In this document: in pieces, positions 7,761 to 17,002 of the stretch
Position numbering within the stretch: the first letter of the stretch is position 1
How the letters are laid out: the number at the start of each line of letters is the position of its first letter
From: Candidatus Poseidoniaceae archaeon
GTDB lineage: Archaea > Thermoplasmatota > Poseidoniia > Poseidoniales > Poseidoniaceae
Direction: 5' to 3'
NCBI GenBank assembly: GCA_943789275.1
Contig: CALSTM010000003.1
Coordinates: forward strand, 1 to 32,000
DNA: 32,000 nucleotides
The notes under the pieces: model-generated
Database searches by the model: none
The model's input: only the letters and a program-made list of their open reading frames with translations
Told to the model about the DNA's origin: nothing
Translations under genes and position numbers: made by a program

Positions 7761-9914
7761 TCAGAAGTCAAACAGCGACGGTTGATTGTTCTCAGGTGAC
7801 TTCGTGTCTGCAATTGGAGATGGAACCGTTGAATCCTGGATGAGGGGGTCCCTTTGTGATGCCAAGGCTGCTTCAAGCTGTTGCTCACTCCAAATCTGAA
7901 CGCCTAAAGATTCTGCTTTCGTAAGTTTCGAACCTGCTTTTTCACCAGCCACCAAAACGCTGAGTTGTGAAGAAACGCTTCCAACCACCTTTCCGCCTGC
8001 TGCTTTAATCGTTAACTGAACCTCTTTGCGTGGGCGCTGGAGTGAACCGGTGAGGCAGAACGTCATTCCATCCAAAGGACCGCCAGATGCTGCTTTAGGT
8101 TGGTCTGTGATGGTGAGCAAGTTCGAAAGGTCAAGGAGCATTTCTTTACGCTTGGAAAGTCCGTCTCGGACTTGCAAAGCCACTTTTTCGCCAATGCCGT
8201 CAACGGTGCAAAGTGAACGTACAGCCTGATTTTCTGTATATGGCTTGCCTTTATCGTCAGTAAGCGGACCAAACTGAACCTCACCCATCGATGCGGATGC
8301 GTCTTCTACCCATTGCATAAGTGATTGGAAATCGCCAACATGCTGAGCCACTGATGTTGCCAATTCGGGACCAATGCCTGGGAGGCCGAGCGCATGCAGG
8401 AATTTGGCAAGTGGAAGCGTCTTTACCTTGTCCAATTCCTTCAGTACATTGAGCGAGGATTTCTCCCCCATCCTCTCGATGCTCTCAAGTTCTGCCTGCT
8501 GGAGTCGGAAGAGGTCCGGTATTCCAGAGATAAGTTCTGCATCAAGGAGTTGCTCAACCAGTTTTTCACCGATGCCGTCCATCTCGAGAGACCTGCACCA
8601 ATACAAAATCGTCCGGCTGGTACGCGCCTCGCACATCAAATCACTGCAGCGAAGAAAAGCTCCTTCAACCTCTAAAACACCGTTACAAGCGGGACATTGG
8701 GAAGGAATAGAGATGGTTTTTTCTAGAGGCAAAACCCCTTCAAAGGCTGTTCCGTCAGCGTGAAATCTTCCCTTAAGATCACTCTGAATGGCTGGGCCAA
8801 GTCCAGATTCGATTTTTGGAATCACGTCTCCACGGCGCACAATCAGTACTTTATCACCGAGATTGAGGTTGAGGCGTTCGACCTCTCCGACATTGTGCAA
8901 CGTCGTATTTTCAACAGTGACTCCCCCTACTGTTTGGGGAGCGATGCGTGCAACAGGCGTCACAGCACCCGTTCGGCCCGTTTGCCAGTCCACACCAAGT
9001 AAGACTGAAGTTGCTTCTTCCGGTGGGAATTTCCAAGCCAGTGCCCATCGTGGATGATGCGCCGTTGAGCCGAGGCGTTCTCGCTGTTGTAAATCATCTA
9101 ATTTGAACACGATTCCATCAATTTCAAACTCGTATGAACTGCGGTTTTCACTCCACTGCTTGGTGTATTCAATCATATCTTTTTGCGGATTTTCTGCATC
9201 AAAAACATGCCACGGGGCCGGTTCAATGCCAATTTTATCTTTGAGCAATTCAAGCAATTGACTGTCGTACATGACATCGGGTGAATCGTTGACGAATTTC
9301 ACGTCGTATGCACAGAATACCAAGTCTGAAGCATCTGCTTTACCGTCTCCATGCTTTTGGCGGAGGGCACCGGAACAGAGATTGCGAGGGTTTGGCGAAA
9401 CATCACGGTACTTTTCTTCGAACGTCTTCAGCGGCATTACCACTTCTCCACGAACATGGCAGTCCACTGGAAGGTTCAGGCGGGTTGGAATGTTGGCCAC
9501 TTGCTTGGCATTCAGAGTGACATCTTCGCCTCTTTCACCGCTTCCACGGGTGGCAGCTCGGTGGAGATTTCCGGCAACATACTCCAATGAAAGCGCAGAC
9601 CCGTCCAATTTCGGTTGTGCAAGATATTGTTTTGCGCCAAAGGTGGATTGCGTGATAAAATGGATAATGTCTTCATCGGTAGTTCCTTTGTCGAGTGAAC
9701 GCATTGGGAATCGATGCTCGACCTTCACCGTGCCCGGAAGTGGTTCTGGACCCACTTGGTGGAGGACTGCGTTCTCTGGGTCGAGCGTTTTTAGCTCATC
9801 CCATAATGCGTCGAACTCAGCGTCAGTGACTTCTGGAGACGACTGGTTGTAGTACAGTTCGCGGTGATAGCGAACCGCTTCGGCCAGTTGCTGAATACGC
9901 TCCGGACCGCCCAT
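7761..9914 (-). CDS. ligA: NAD-dependent DNA ligase LigA (bacterial type)
   Basis: - 717-aa ORF with the full domain order.
- Ia domain: YHRELYYNQSSPEVTDAEFDALWDEL.
- Adenylation Lys motif: KLDGSALSLEY.
- OB region, then the 4-Cys Zn finger CPACNG...CSDLMC.
- HhH region, then BRCT (GMTFCLTGSL...).
- A 32-aa tail ending in QPSLFDF.
- ATG at 9912-9914. The TGA at 7761-7763 overlaps a possible downstream ATG by 1 nt. Confidence 0.97.
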   Translation of the reverse strand: MGGPERIQQLAEAVRYHRELYYNQSSPEVTDAEFDALWDELKTLDPENAVLHQVGPEPLPGTVKVEHRFPMRSLDKGTTDEDIIHFITQSTFGAKQYLAQPKLDGSALSLEYVAGNLHRAATRGSGERGEDVTLNAKQVANIPTRLNLPVDCHVRGEVVMPLKTFEEKYRDVSPNPRNLCSGALRQKHGDGKADASDLVFCAYDVKFVNDSPDVMYDSQLLELLKDKIGIEPAPWHVFDAENPQKDMIEYTKQWSENRSSYEFEIDGIVFKLDDLQQRERLGSTAHHPRWALAWKFPPEEATSVLLGVDWQTGRTGAVTPVARIAPQTVGGVTVENTTLHNVGEVERLNLNLGDKVLIVRRGDVIPKIESGLGPAIQSDLKGRFHADGTAFEGVLPLEKTISIPSQCPACNGVLEVEGAFLRCSDLMCEARTSRTILYWCRSLEMDGIGEKLVEQLLDAELISGIPDLFRLQQAELESIERMGEKSSLNVLKELDKVKTLPLAKFLHALGLPGIGPELATSVAQHVGDFQSLMQWVEDASASMGEVQFGPLTDDKGKPYTENQAVRSLCTVDGIGEKVALQVRDGLSKRKEMLLDLSNLLTITDQPKAASGGPLDGMTFCLTGSLQRPRKEVQLTIKAAGGKVVGSVSSQLSVLVAGEKAGSKLTKAESLGVQIWSEQQLEAALASQRDPLIQDSTVPSPIADTKSPENNQPSLFDF

Positions 9915-9945
9915 GATACCTCACCCATGCCACAGGATATGAACG

Positions 9946-10374
9946 TCACGAAAATTGAAGACCAAGCAACTCAACATCTGCAAGAGGGCATCGAGTCATG
10001 AGCGCATGGGTAAGAATGCGGAGATGAATTTCTGCGACAACATGAACTGTGGATTGGAACATGTGACCAGCGTGTACGTTGTTCTGGTCATCCGACCAGC
10101 AGCAATGAATGTGAGTGAAGGCTTTACCTTCTTGAGTACGGGCGACGTTGCCCGACAAACTGACAAGTTCTGATGGTGGAGGTAAAGAGCGGCGTTGGTA
10201 CACGCCTTGTTCGTCCATGTAACCGTATATGCTGTCACGGGCCCGACCAATTCCACTGGTTATTGCAGCCGCATCAAACCCCACCTTGTCTGCCAAGGAT
10301 TGTAGGGATTCGTGTATTTCCTCACCAGGGTCAATGCGCACAAACAAGTCTTCTCCACTTTGAGTCCATTCCAT
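9946..10374 (-). CDS. PPC/DUF296 domain protein (putative DNA-binding)
   Basis: The 142-aa ORF has the pattern ...FVRIDPGEEIHESLQSLADKVGFDAAAITSGIGRARDS...LVSLSGNV....HIH. This is typical of the PPC (plants and prokaryotes conserved, DUF296) fold. It lies 31 nt upstream of ligA on the same strand. Confidence 0.8.
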   Translation of the reverse strand: MEWTQSGEDLFVRIDPGEEIHESLQSLADKVGFDAAAITSGIGRARDSIYGYMDEQGVYQRRSLPPPSELVSLSGNVARTQEGKAFTHIHCCWSDDQNNVHAGHMFQSTVHVVAEIHLRILTHALMTRCPLADVELLGLQFS

Positions 10375-10410
10375 GCTTCGGCTAACGCAAGACGCCTATT
10401 GAGAATAACG

Positions 10411-10986
10411 CTATTCTTCTTCGGAACGGGTGAAATTATCGGCCATCCAATCTCGCTCAGAATCAAGGGCGAGTTCGATTCGAGAACGAGCCACATAGAG
10501 GTCGTTTTGAGAGCCGCCCAACGGCAATGGTCCGAAGATGCCCCAGCCTTTTCTCAACAGCATGATGCGTCGCGCCGGTTGGCGTTGTTGCAGGCGTAGA
10601 CGTTTCCAATCGTAGCGTTGACCATCGGCAAAAAGATGGGTGCGAGTCACCGCATACCTTTTGGGAATCAACAGTGAGATCAGGTGGAGGGAAAGAAGAA
10701 CATCCCACACCACCGCATACCAAATACTGGTGTTGGAGGCTGAAAGCAGAGCCCAAGGAAGCACCATCATTGCAGCCATAGAAGCAAGATTACCCCATTG
10801 TCGAATGACCTCTTGTGGACCTTCACTCTTCCAAGCAAAACCGCCTTTTTTCAATTCGCCCATTTGAGGAATGTCCTGCCGCTGACGAGTCAACCAAAAA
10901 GCATCCCAAGCCACAATGGCTGCAAGCACAAGAACGGCAAACAAAGCCACAGTGTCGGCTGACAGAATCAAATTCTCTTCTGCCAT
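10411..10986 (-). CDS. 3-TM membrane protein with possible bPH-like cytoplasmic domain
   Basis: The 191-aa ORF starts 9 nt after the stop of the 1566-aa gene, and the spacer contains GGTG. It has three hydrophobic segments. The segment RYAVTRTHLFADGQRYDWKRLRL...RIMLLRKGWG is reminiscent of bacterial PH (DUF304) domains, but only weakly. Confidence 0.65.
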   Translation of the reverse strand: MAEENLILSADTVALFAVLVLAAIVAWDAFWLTRQRQDIPQMGELKKGGFAWKSEGPQEVIRQWGNLASMAAMMVLPWALLSASNTSIWYAVVWDVLLSLHLISLLIPKRYAVTRTHLFADGQRYDWKRLRLQQRQPARRIMLLRKGWGIFGPLPLGGSQNDLYVARSRIELALDSERDWMADNFTRSEEE

Positions 10987-10995
10987 CGAAGCACC

Positions 10996-13900
10996 TCAAA
11001 GATGACGTTCGTCAACTGAAGAAATGTCGCCTGCATTACCACCGCCACGTTTCAAGCGTACAGCGAAGGCAATCAGTCCACCAATGACCAAGACAATCAG
11101 GAGAAGAGTACCTGTTGAAAAGTCTCCAGAATCTGTAGATATTTCTCCTTCATTGATGTCGAGTATGCCGTCATTGTCATCGTCTATATCGGCAACAAGG
11201 TACGTTTCCTTGCCCTCCGGACAGGCGATGTTGTTTGGCAGGCCATCTTCATCTGTATCTTGCCAAGCACATGGGTCGACAGGCCAAGCATCGCGTACGT
11301 CGGGGTGCCCGTCGTTGTCATCATCTGTATCTTCACTGTCTGGGCCACAAGGATAGCCGTTCTCCGCATCGAACCAAACTCCGGTAGACAAAGTGAACGT
11401 GCATGTGTTGGTCCAATCTCCGTCGCTGTCAAGTTCGGTGACTTCGAAATCGACAGCGCTGGTTCTGGTCGCTCCAAGCGTATCAGTCACTTGAACCTCA
11501 AGGACATACAGCCCATGTTGCAAATCTGTAATGTTAAATTGTGCTTCATTCGGTCCGCGTAAGACTTCATTTCCAGAAGCATCAGAAATAATCCACACGA
11601 GTGTCAATTGCTCCATTGAGTCTAAATCATCAGAGTATGAAGCGACTGCCAACAAGTGAACCGATTCCATAACTCGCTGGCCTGAGTAAGGTTCAGTGAT
11701 CTCTACTGTTGGCGCAGCATTGGTTCTCAGTACGACCTCTACAATCGCTGACATTGTCGATGTGATGTTGACTTGGACAACGGTATTTGGAAGACCGCTT
11801 GCTTGCGTCGATACGGTGAAACTCGACAAGGTCGAACTTGTACCGTTTCCGTCAAAAGAGATTGGCATTTCGACAAACTGCGAGACGCCTTGGACGGTTG
11901 TTGAATACGAAGGTGAGAGGTCGGTAGTTTGCAACGTAAAGGTGACATCGTGAGGTGCTCCATCCAGTGTTGCACTCAAAGTGAACGTCTTCCAGCTGCG
12001 TAGTTCCGCCCCATCGTACATCAATGGATTTTCTGTGACCGTATCAATTAAATCGATGAACATCGAACCCGAAGCAGACATGATGCCAGCGGTTGTGCCG
12101 CCTTCTATTCGAACCGGATAATTCTCTGCTGAAACAACTGTTGCAGCGAAGATGTCGGGATTTCGGACAATCAATGGCGCTACAGAAGCGTCGCCTTCAT
12201 CGGCATGGACATCGATTCCAACCGAATACGAAAGGGCAACGAAATCAATGACGAGTAAAGAATCTGATGTTCGGCCATGGTGACTGATAAATGCCGTTCC
12301 TGTGCCGAGGCCATTCATAACAACACCATCTATTGTTCCGGCTGATTCGTCAATATCGATTGCCGGTGAGCCGGTGATTTCAATGTCGCTCATCTGAAGG
12401 TTTTGACAATTCATTGCCGTAATACCAGCGCTGGAACCGACTGTTCCCACGAGCGTTGAAACGATCAAACCCTCGTCGATTGAATCAAGGGCGAGAATGT
12501 TGCCTAAACCGTTGAACGCAGAAGCGTTTACATCGTTCAAAAGACCGGTTACCGCAGTGAAATCAAAGCCTGTCGAGACGTTTTCACCAATGTGGATACC
12601 ATTCAACTGCACATCGACTTGACGTGCCCAAATACCCACACCATTGCACGAATGGAAATGGACGTTTTCGAGCGTCAGTGAAGTCGATGAAGGGAACGCT
12701 TTGATGCAACCGTCACCTGCGTCATACAGATTCGAATTCTTCAAAACAACATCAGCATCGCTGTTTGGGTCAATGAGAATTAGCGAATCGGAGCCGGAGG
12801 AACGGGCCATTGTAATCCCGTCGCCGATGAATGAGCCCTTGCTCTCAACGTACAAAGCAGGTGATGCTTCGACAAGCGTTGTGCTGGACAAGTCAATGGT
12901 GGCACTGGAACCACCAATCACAAATCCTCCCCAGCGTGAACCAAGGCCGGTTGAAGAAAGAGTCGCTGCACCAGCATCGATTCGCCCGTCCACACTGATT
13001 TGGCCGCCGTCTGCAATTCTCAAGGAGACGCCGTCATCGATGGTCAACGTTCCAGATGCCGCTACAGCCAAGTTACCGTCGAGGAAATATGGACTCCATT
13101 GTGCTTCAAGAACAAGCCAACTCGACAGTGTCCCCGGAGTAACAGTTGAAGCCATGAACGTGTGCTTAAAGGATGAAAGAGTATCCCAAGTGACGAAGTC
13201 ATAGAATGAGCCGATCTGTAAATTGATACTCTTAACGCCGCCGAGGGTGTCTGATGAATCGTCGACCACGCGTGCAACCGCAGTGGTCGAAACTTGACCT
13301 ACCGAATCGGTCGTTGCAAGGGCTCCATCAACGGATACTGTAGCCCCCGATACGGCTTGTCCCTTGTCCAAAACCGTAACTTCAAGAGAAGACTGGAGTG
13401 TTAGTTTTGAACCTGTGAGAACGGTTACAGTACCAAGAACTTGACCGTCCAAAATCTCTACATCACAGCCCGGTTGAATGAGGAGCGTTCCAAGAATATC
13501 GATGTTTACAGAACTGCGAGTGGTTTGACAAACCCAAGTGACGTTCGCATCAACAGTCAATCCCGAATCACCTTGTGACTGGGTGAGGGTAGAATCAATG
13601 CCAAGAGCAACAGAATTGGCACTGACCGTTGCGCCTGAGCCGGTTAGGCTGCCAGAGCCTTCGATGCTAACTACACCGTCAGCTGGAAGTTGAAGAGTGG
13701 TATCTGCAAGCTCAAGTGCGCCGCCCGTCAATACAGTGAGATCACCGGTCAATTGGTGGGGCGAGCCGTCAGGTCTTGCACCCAGGAACACATAATCGCC
13801 TGTATCGATGGTCCAATCGCCTTGTGGGATAACTGGGACTTGAACCGATTGACCCATTTGTGAGCCGTACAAGGTGACTCGTATACCCGCACCTGCCAAA

Positions 13901-15696
13901 GTGACATCCGCAGATGAGCCACTGCTGGCCAAAGGAAGCGTTGCTGCACCGTTCACGTCGCTGACAATCTCATACCCATGCACCTGGATGGTGGCTTGGA
14001 CTGGGTTACCAGCCAAATCGGTGAAGGTAACTGGTGTTTCTTCAAGATAGAGTGTTGTAGAAACTGAAATTGTGGCTGTCGTCGAACCGCCGTAGATGAA
14101 TGTTCCATCTCCCAATGCATCCGACGAAGAGGTGTGTGTGTTTTGAGGTTGGAAATCCCTCACTGTTGCCGAAGACTCGCTGCTGATTGAGAGTGGCGTA
14201 GTATGGGTCATAGCAAGCCAATCGGAGAGGTGGAGGGTGGATTCTGCCTCTAAAACGACGCCGTCTGGATAGACGCGAGTGGTGAGCGAATCGCTGGTAA
14301 GCGAACTTTGTTCCATTTCGATGCCAACGCCATTGCCGTCTTTAATTGAGAAACTGTCGCTTGATAGCGTAGCATGATTTGCTTGTATTCCATTTCCGTA
14401 GTGAAGAAGAGTAAGGGAAGCAGCGGCAATGTTCGTGTACCATGCTGCAAGCCCTAGAGAACTCGTATCTTGAGATGAATACGTCTTGGATGCTGAAACA
14501 TCTCCCCAAGTATGCAACCCCCCAAGAATATCAAAAGCCGTTGATGCAGCAGAGGTCATCTCAACGGACACTGTGCCAAAAACACTGTCTGGGTCTCTGA
14601 GTTCAATTCCAGTGGTCCCCGCTGTTACATTCGTCCAATCAAGAGAGAGGAGGCCTAAGCCTGTACCCTCGATTCCTCGTTCGAATGCGACAAGTTCGAG
14701 GCCCGTCAACGTGTGATTGCCGTAACCTGAAAGAGAAAAGCCATTGTTCACATTTGAGATGTTCACATCGTTCATGCTGCAATCGCCCAAGCAACGCAGG
14801 TCAACGACTGCCGATGGTTCTGAAGTATTCCCTTCAAACTCCACATCATCGACGGTGAATGAGGTTGCTCCGTTCGAAAGAAGGAATCTGTGGCCGGAAA
14901 TGGCTGCGTTAGAGACTGTGAGGTCGTCGCTGTTTGCAGCATCGATGAACAAGGCCACGTCCTCTCCGGTAATGCTGCTTACAGATGTCGAGGCCCCTTC
15001 TTGACTTGCAATCGCAACAGTCGTCTGGAAGAATCCTATTCCTGTGGCTGACAGGGAACCACTGCTGGAACGCAAGCCCGTTCCCACTTGTGTCATGGTA
15101 ACGGTATCAACAGTGGTCGTTCCTGTCGACCAAACTCCACCGGCAACATCGGTGAATATTCCACCTGATAGATTGAGGTAGCCTGAGTTTCGTACAACTT
15201 CGTAATCCACGTGCTCTGCGGTAAGCGTATCGATATTCGATGATGCTTGGTTGTTGATGCCAATGTATGCATCCGTCAAAGTCAGTTTTTCAGCCGATAA
15301 ATGCCCGTCTACCTTTACCGCCGTCTTCGCATTATCAATCGATACGGTATTCAGTACTGCATGACCTTTGTTGGCAATGTAAATGCCTGTCCAGAGACCT
15401 GCCCCATGAGAACCTGCAGTCAAAGGAGTTTGAGAAGAGAAAAACGTCGAGGAGGTGGCAAGAAGCGTTCCATCAACCCGAATCCAATACCCGTCACCAC
15501 CGTCAACAGTAGTACCGGGTGACAAGGTAAGCGTGGAGCCGTTCTCAACAGTGACGTTGCCGGTGAGAACAACATCGCCAGACCAAGTCGTGTTCACTTG
15601 AATGATTGAATCTGAAGCATGGGCTGTTGGAGCCATGAGGGAAAGAGGCGTGAGCACAAGAAGAAGGGCTAAACAGAGTGCACGAGCGGTTCGCAT
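10996..15696 (-). CDS. giant secreted parallel beta-helix (PbH1/pectate-lyase-like repeat) surface protein with Ig-like domain, TSP3-type Ca-binding loops and C-terminal TM anchor
   Basis: - 1566-aa ORF with ATG at 15694-15696.
- Signal peptide MRTARALCLALLLVLTPLSLMAPTAHAS.
- Long runs of ~22-aa G/N/S/T-rich beta-helix turns in two blocks.
- Ig/PKD-like segment (PTVEITEPYSGQ...EVQVTDTLGA).
- TSP3-type loops: [37 protein letters not shown].
- TM helix LLLIVLVIGGLIAFAV plus a 22-aa basic tail. Confidence 0.9.
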   Translation of the reverse strand: MRTARALCLALLLVLTPLSLMAPTAHASDSIIQVNTTWSGDVVLTGNVTVENGSTLTLSPGTTVDGGDGYWIRVDGTLLATSSTFFSSQTPLTAGSHGAGLWTGIYIANKGHAVLNTVSIDNAKTAVKVDGHLSAEKLTLTDAYIGINNQASSNIDTLTAEHVDYEVVRNSGYLNLSGGIFTDVAGGVWSTGTTTVDTVTMTQVGTGLRSSSGSLSATGIGFFQTTVAIASQEGASTSVSSITGEDVALFIDAANSDDLTVSNAAISGHRFLLSNGATSFTVDDVEFEGNTSEPSAVVDLRCLGDCSMNDVNISNVNNGFSLSGYGNHTLTGLELVAFERGIEGTGLGLLSLDWTNVTAGTTGIELRDPDSVFGTVSVEMTSAASTAFDILGGLHTWGDVSASKTYSSQDTSSLGLAAWYTNIAAASLTLLHYGNGIQANHATLSSDSFSIKDGNGVGIEMEQSSLTSDSLTTRVYPDGVVLEAESTLHLSDWLAMTHTTPLSISSESSATVRDFQPQNTHTSSSDALGDGTFIYGGSTTATISVSTTLYLEETPVTFTDLAGNPVQATIQVHGYEIVSDVNGAATLPLASSGSSADVTLAGAGIRVTLYGSQMGQSVQVPVIPQGDWTIDTGDYVFLGARPDGSPHQLTGDLTVLTGGALELADTTLQLPADGVVSIEGSGSLTGSGATVSANSVALGIDSTLTQSQGDSGLTVDANVTWVCQTTRSSVNIDILGTLLIQPGCDVEILDGQVLGTVTVLTGSKLTLQSSLEVTVLDKGQAVSGATVSVDGALATTDSVGQVSTTAVARVVDDSSDTLGGVKSINLQIGSFYDFVTWDTLSSFKHTFMASTVTPGTLSSWLVLEAQWSPYFLDGNLAVAASGTLTIDDGVSLRIADGGQISVDGRIDAGAATLSSTGLGSRWGGFVIGGSSATIDLSSTTLVEASPALYVESKGSFIGDGITMARSSGSDSLILIDPNSDADVVLKNSNLYDAGDGCIKAFPSSTSLTLENVHFHSCNGVGIWARQVDVQLNGIHIGENVSTGFDFTAVTGLLNDVNASAFNGLGNILALDSIDEGLIVSTLVGTVGSSAGITAMNCQNLQMSDIEITGSPAIDIDESAGTIDGVVMNGLGTGTAFISHHGRTSDSLLVIDFVALSYSVGIDVHADEGDASVAPLIVRNPDIFAATVVSAENYPVRIEGGTTAGIMSASGSMFIDLIDTVTENPLMYDGAELRSWKTFTLSATLDGAPHDVTFTLQTTDLSPSYSTTVQGVSQFVEMPISFDGNGTSSTLSSFTVSTQASGLPNTVVQVNITSTMSAIVEVVLRTNAAPTVEITEPYSGQRVMESVHLLAVASYSDDLDSMEQLTLVWIISDASGNEVLRGPNEAQFNITDLQHGLYVLEVQVTDTLGATRTSAVDFEVTELDSDGDWTNTCTFTLSTGVWFDAENGYPCGPDSEDTDDDNDGHPDVRDAWPVDPCAWQDTDEDGLPNNIACPEGKETYLVADIDDDNDGILDINEGEISTDSGDFSTGTLLLIVLVIGGLIAFAVRLKRGGGNAGDISSVDERHL

Positions 15697-15780
15697 GGAC
15701 GCTACTCAACAGCACCACATATCAAACCAAAGGTTACCGGTGAGTGGAAGTGAAAGATTCAGCATAAGGTACAGGAAAAG

Positions 15781-15855
15781 TGGGCCCGCCCAGATTTGAA
15801 CTGGGGTCTGACGGCCCCCAGCCGCCAAGTATAGGCCAAGCTAACCCACGGGCCC
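15781..15855 (-). tRNA. tRNA-Pro (anticodon GGG)
   Basis: - A 75-nt cloverleaf read on the minus strand.
- Acceptor stem GGGCCCG/CGGGCCC.
- Anticodon stem GGCGG/CCGUC with loop CU-GGG-GG.
- T arm CCCAG-UUCAAAU-CUGGG.
- Discriminator A, with no encoded CCA.
- The D stem is imperfect.
- It starts 13 nt after the rpoN stop and is followed by a T run. Confidence 0.9.
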
Positions 15856-15868
15856 AGAATGGAATGTC

Positions 15869-16072
15869 TCATTGAATAGAGGTGCTGAAAGGAGCCGCTT
15901 CGGTGATGAGGTCGATGTGACCAACATACATTCTACGGCAACAGTAGCGCATCAAACCAACCTGGTCAAGGGCGTCTGCCATCTCGATTCCGGATATGGT
16001 TAATTCAGTAAATTCTTCCCACTTGTGAGCAATGACAGCGCCACAACTAAAACATCGTATTGGTATAATCAT
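15869..16072 (-). CDS. rpoN: DNA-directed RNA polymerase subunit N (Rpo10/RpoN, Rpb10 homologue)
   Basis: The 67-aa ORF carries the hallmark MIIPIRCFSCG...RYCCRRM..GHIDL Zn-binding signature. It sits in the conserved position after rps9. Confidence 0.95.
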   Translation of the reverse strand: MIIPIRCFSCGAVIAHKWEEFTELTISGIEMADALDQVGLMRYCCRRMYVGHIDLITEAAPFSTSIQ

Positions 16073-16082
16073 TCAACTCACC

Positions 16083-16520
16083 TCATCGATAGGACTTCTG
16101 CTTCTTGCGACGAGCACCACGTCCAAGTTGGTGCTTTGGTTCCTTGCGTCGAGGATCGTTAACCAAAAGGCTACGGTCGAAGCGAAGGTATTCATCTCGA
16201 AGTTCTTCATCAATTCCTTCTGCGCCGCCGTTGTAGTGGACAAGTCCACGTGCAATGGCCGTGCGGATAGCGTCGGTCTGACCCATGATTCCACCACCAA
16301 GTGTGGTGATGTTGATGTCAACCTTACTCAAGCGGTTCATTGCGTCTGCAATGACCAGTGGTTCCATCGACTTGCGGCGAGCAAGAGACGGTTGAAGGAT
16401 TTCAATAGGTGCACTGTTGACACGTACTCGGCCTTTACCAGCCTTAACTGAGGCACGAGCAATTGCTGTCTTACGCTTACCAGAGGATTCTACTGACTTT
16501 TGCTTTTTACGAGCCATCAT
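16083..16520 (-). CDS. rps9: 30S ribosomal protein S9 (uS9)
   Basis: The 145-aa ORF contains GKRKTAIARA..KAGKGRVRVN and the C-terminal basic ...RRKKQKSYR ending typical of uS9. It overlaps the rpl13 stop (ATG 16518-16520, TGA 16517-16519). Confidence 0.95.
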   Translation of the reverse strand: MMARKKQKSVESSGKRKTAIARASVKAGKGRVRVNSAPIEILQPSLARRKSMEPLVIADAMNRLSKVDINITTLGGGIMGQTDAIRTAIARGLVHYNGGAEGIDEELRDEYLRFDRSLLVNDPRRKEPKHQLGRGARRKKQKSYR

Positions 16521-17002
16521 TGCTCACCTCCAGTCCAACGGTGGGATGGAGCGCCGAGATCGGCGCTGATATCTCCAAGAGTGATGAATCGCTCAGGAAG
16601 GTCCTTTCGGAATTTGGTGTCATCGCCGTTCTCATGGCCTTCTGGCAAATCGCCGGAAAGATGGGCTGGGCAACCGATTTCTACGCGTAGGTTGCGTAGG
16701 GCTCGGCGTCCGCTGCTCTTCTTTTGGTAAGGCAACATACCGCGAACTGCGCGCTTGAGAATCATGTCCGGCATACGTGGGAAGAACGGCCCCTTACGAG
16801 CGTGGTTCAACTTGTACTTGGCGTGATACGTATTGAGGACCGAACGAGGTCGGCCAGTCACGATAGCGTTCTCAGCATTGACGATGATTACTTTGTCATC
16901 GCGGCCTTCTCGAGCGGCTTTGAGCAGAATGTCTGCTGTAGCCGATGCAAGACGTCCGAGGACGAGTTCATTGGCGTCGAATACATATGTTGTTTCATCC
17001 AA
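16517..17002 (-). CDS. rpl13: 50S ribosomal protein L13 (uL13)
   Basis: The 161-aa ORF contains VFDANELVLGRLAS..A..LLKAAREG, the uL13 signature. The only in-frame start is TTG at 17000-17002. It overlaps the rpl18e 3' end by 8 nt. Confidence 0.95.
   Translation of the reverse strand: MDETTYVFDANELVLGRLASATADILLKAAREGRDDKVIIVNAENAIVTGRPRSVLNTYHAKYKLNHARKGPFFPRMPDMILKRAVRGMLPYQKKSSGRRALRNLRVEIGCPAHLSGDLPEGHENGDDTKFRKDLPERFITLGDISADLGAPSHRWTGGEQ

Noticed and set aside
7761-9914. LigA as evidence that the contig is bacterial or chimeric
   Set aside because: Archaea-specific genes (rpoN/Rpb10 homologue, L18e, PAC2 chaperone) lie on the same strand. By eye I see no composition break. ligA is joined to its neighbours by spacers of 31 nt or less. 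Lateral acquisition is more parsimonious than misassembly.
15697-15855. tRNA-Pro as an integration site for a mobile island carrying the 1566-aa gene
   Set aside because: There is no integrase, recombinase or transposase anywhere in the window. By eye I saw no second copy of the tRNA 3' half. This search was not exhaustive, so the idea is kept only as a check under the synteny finding.
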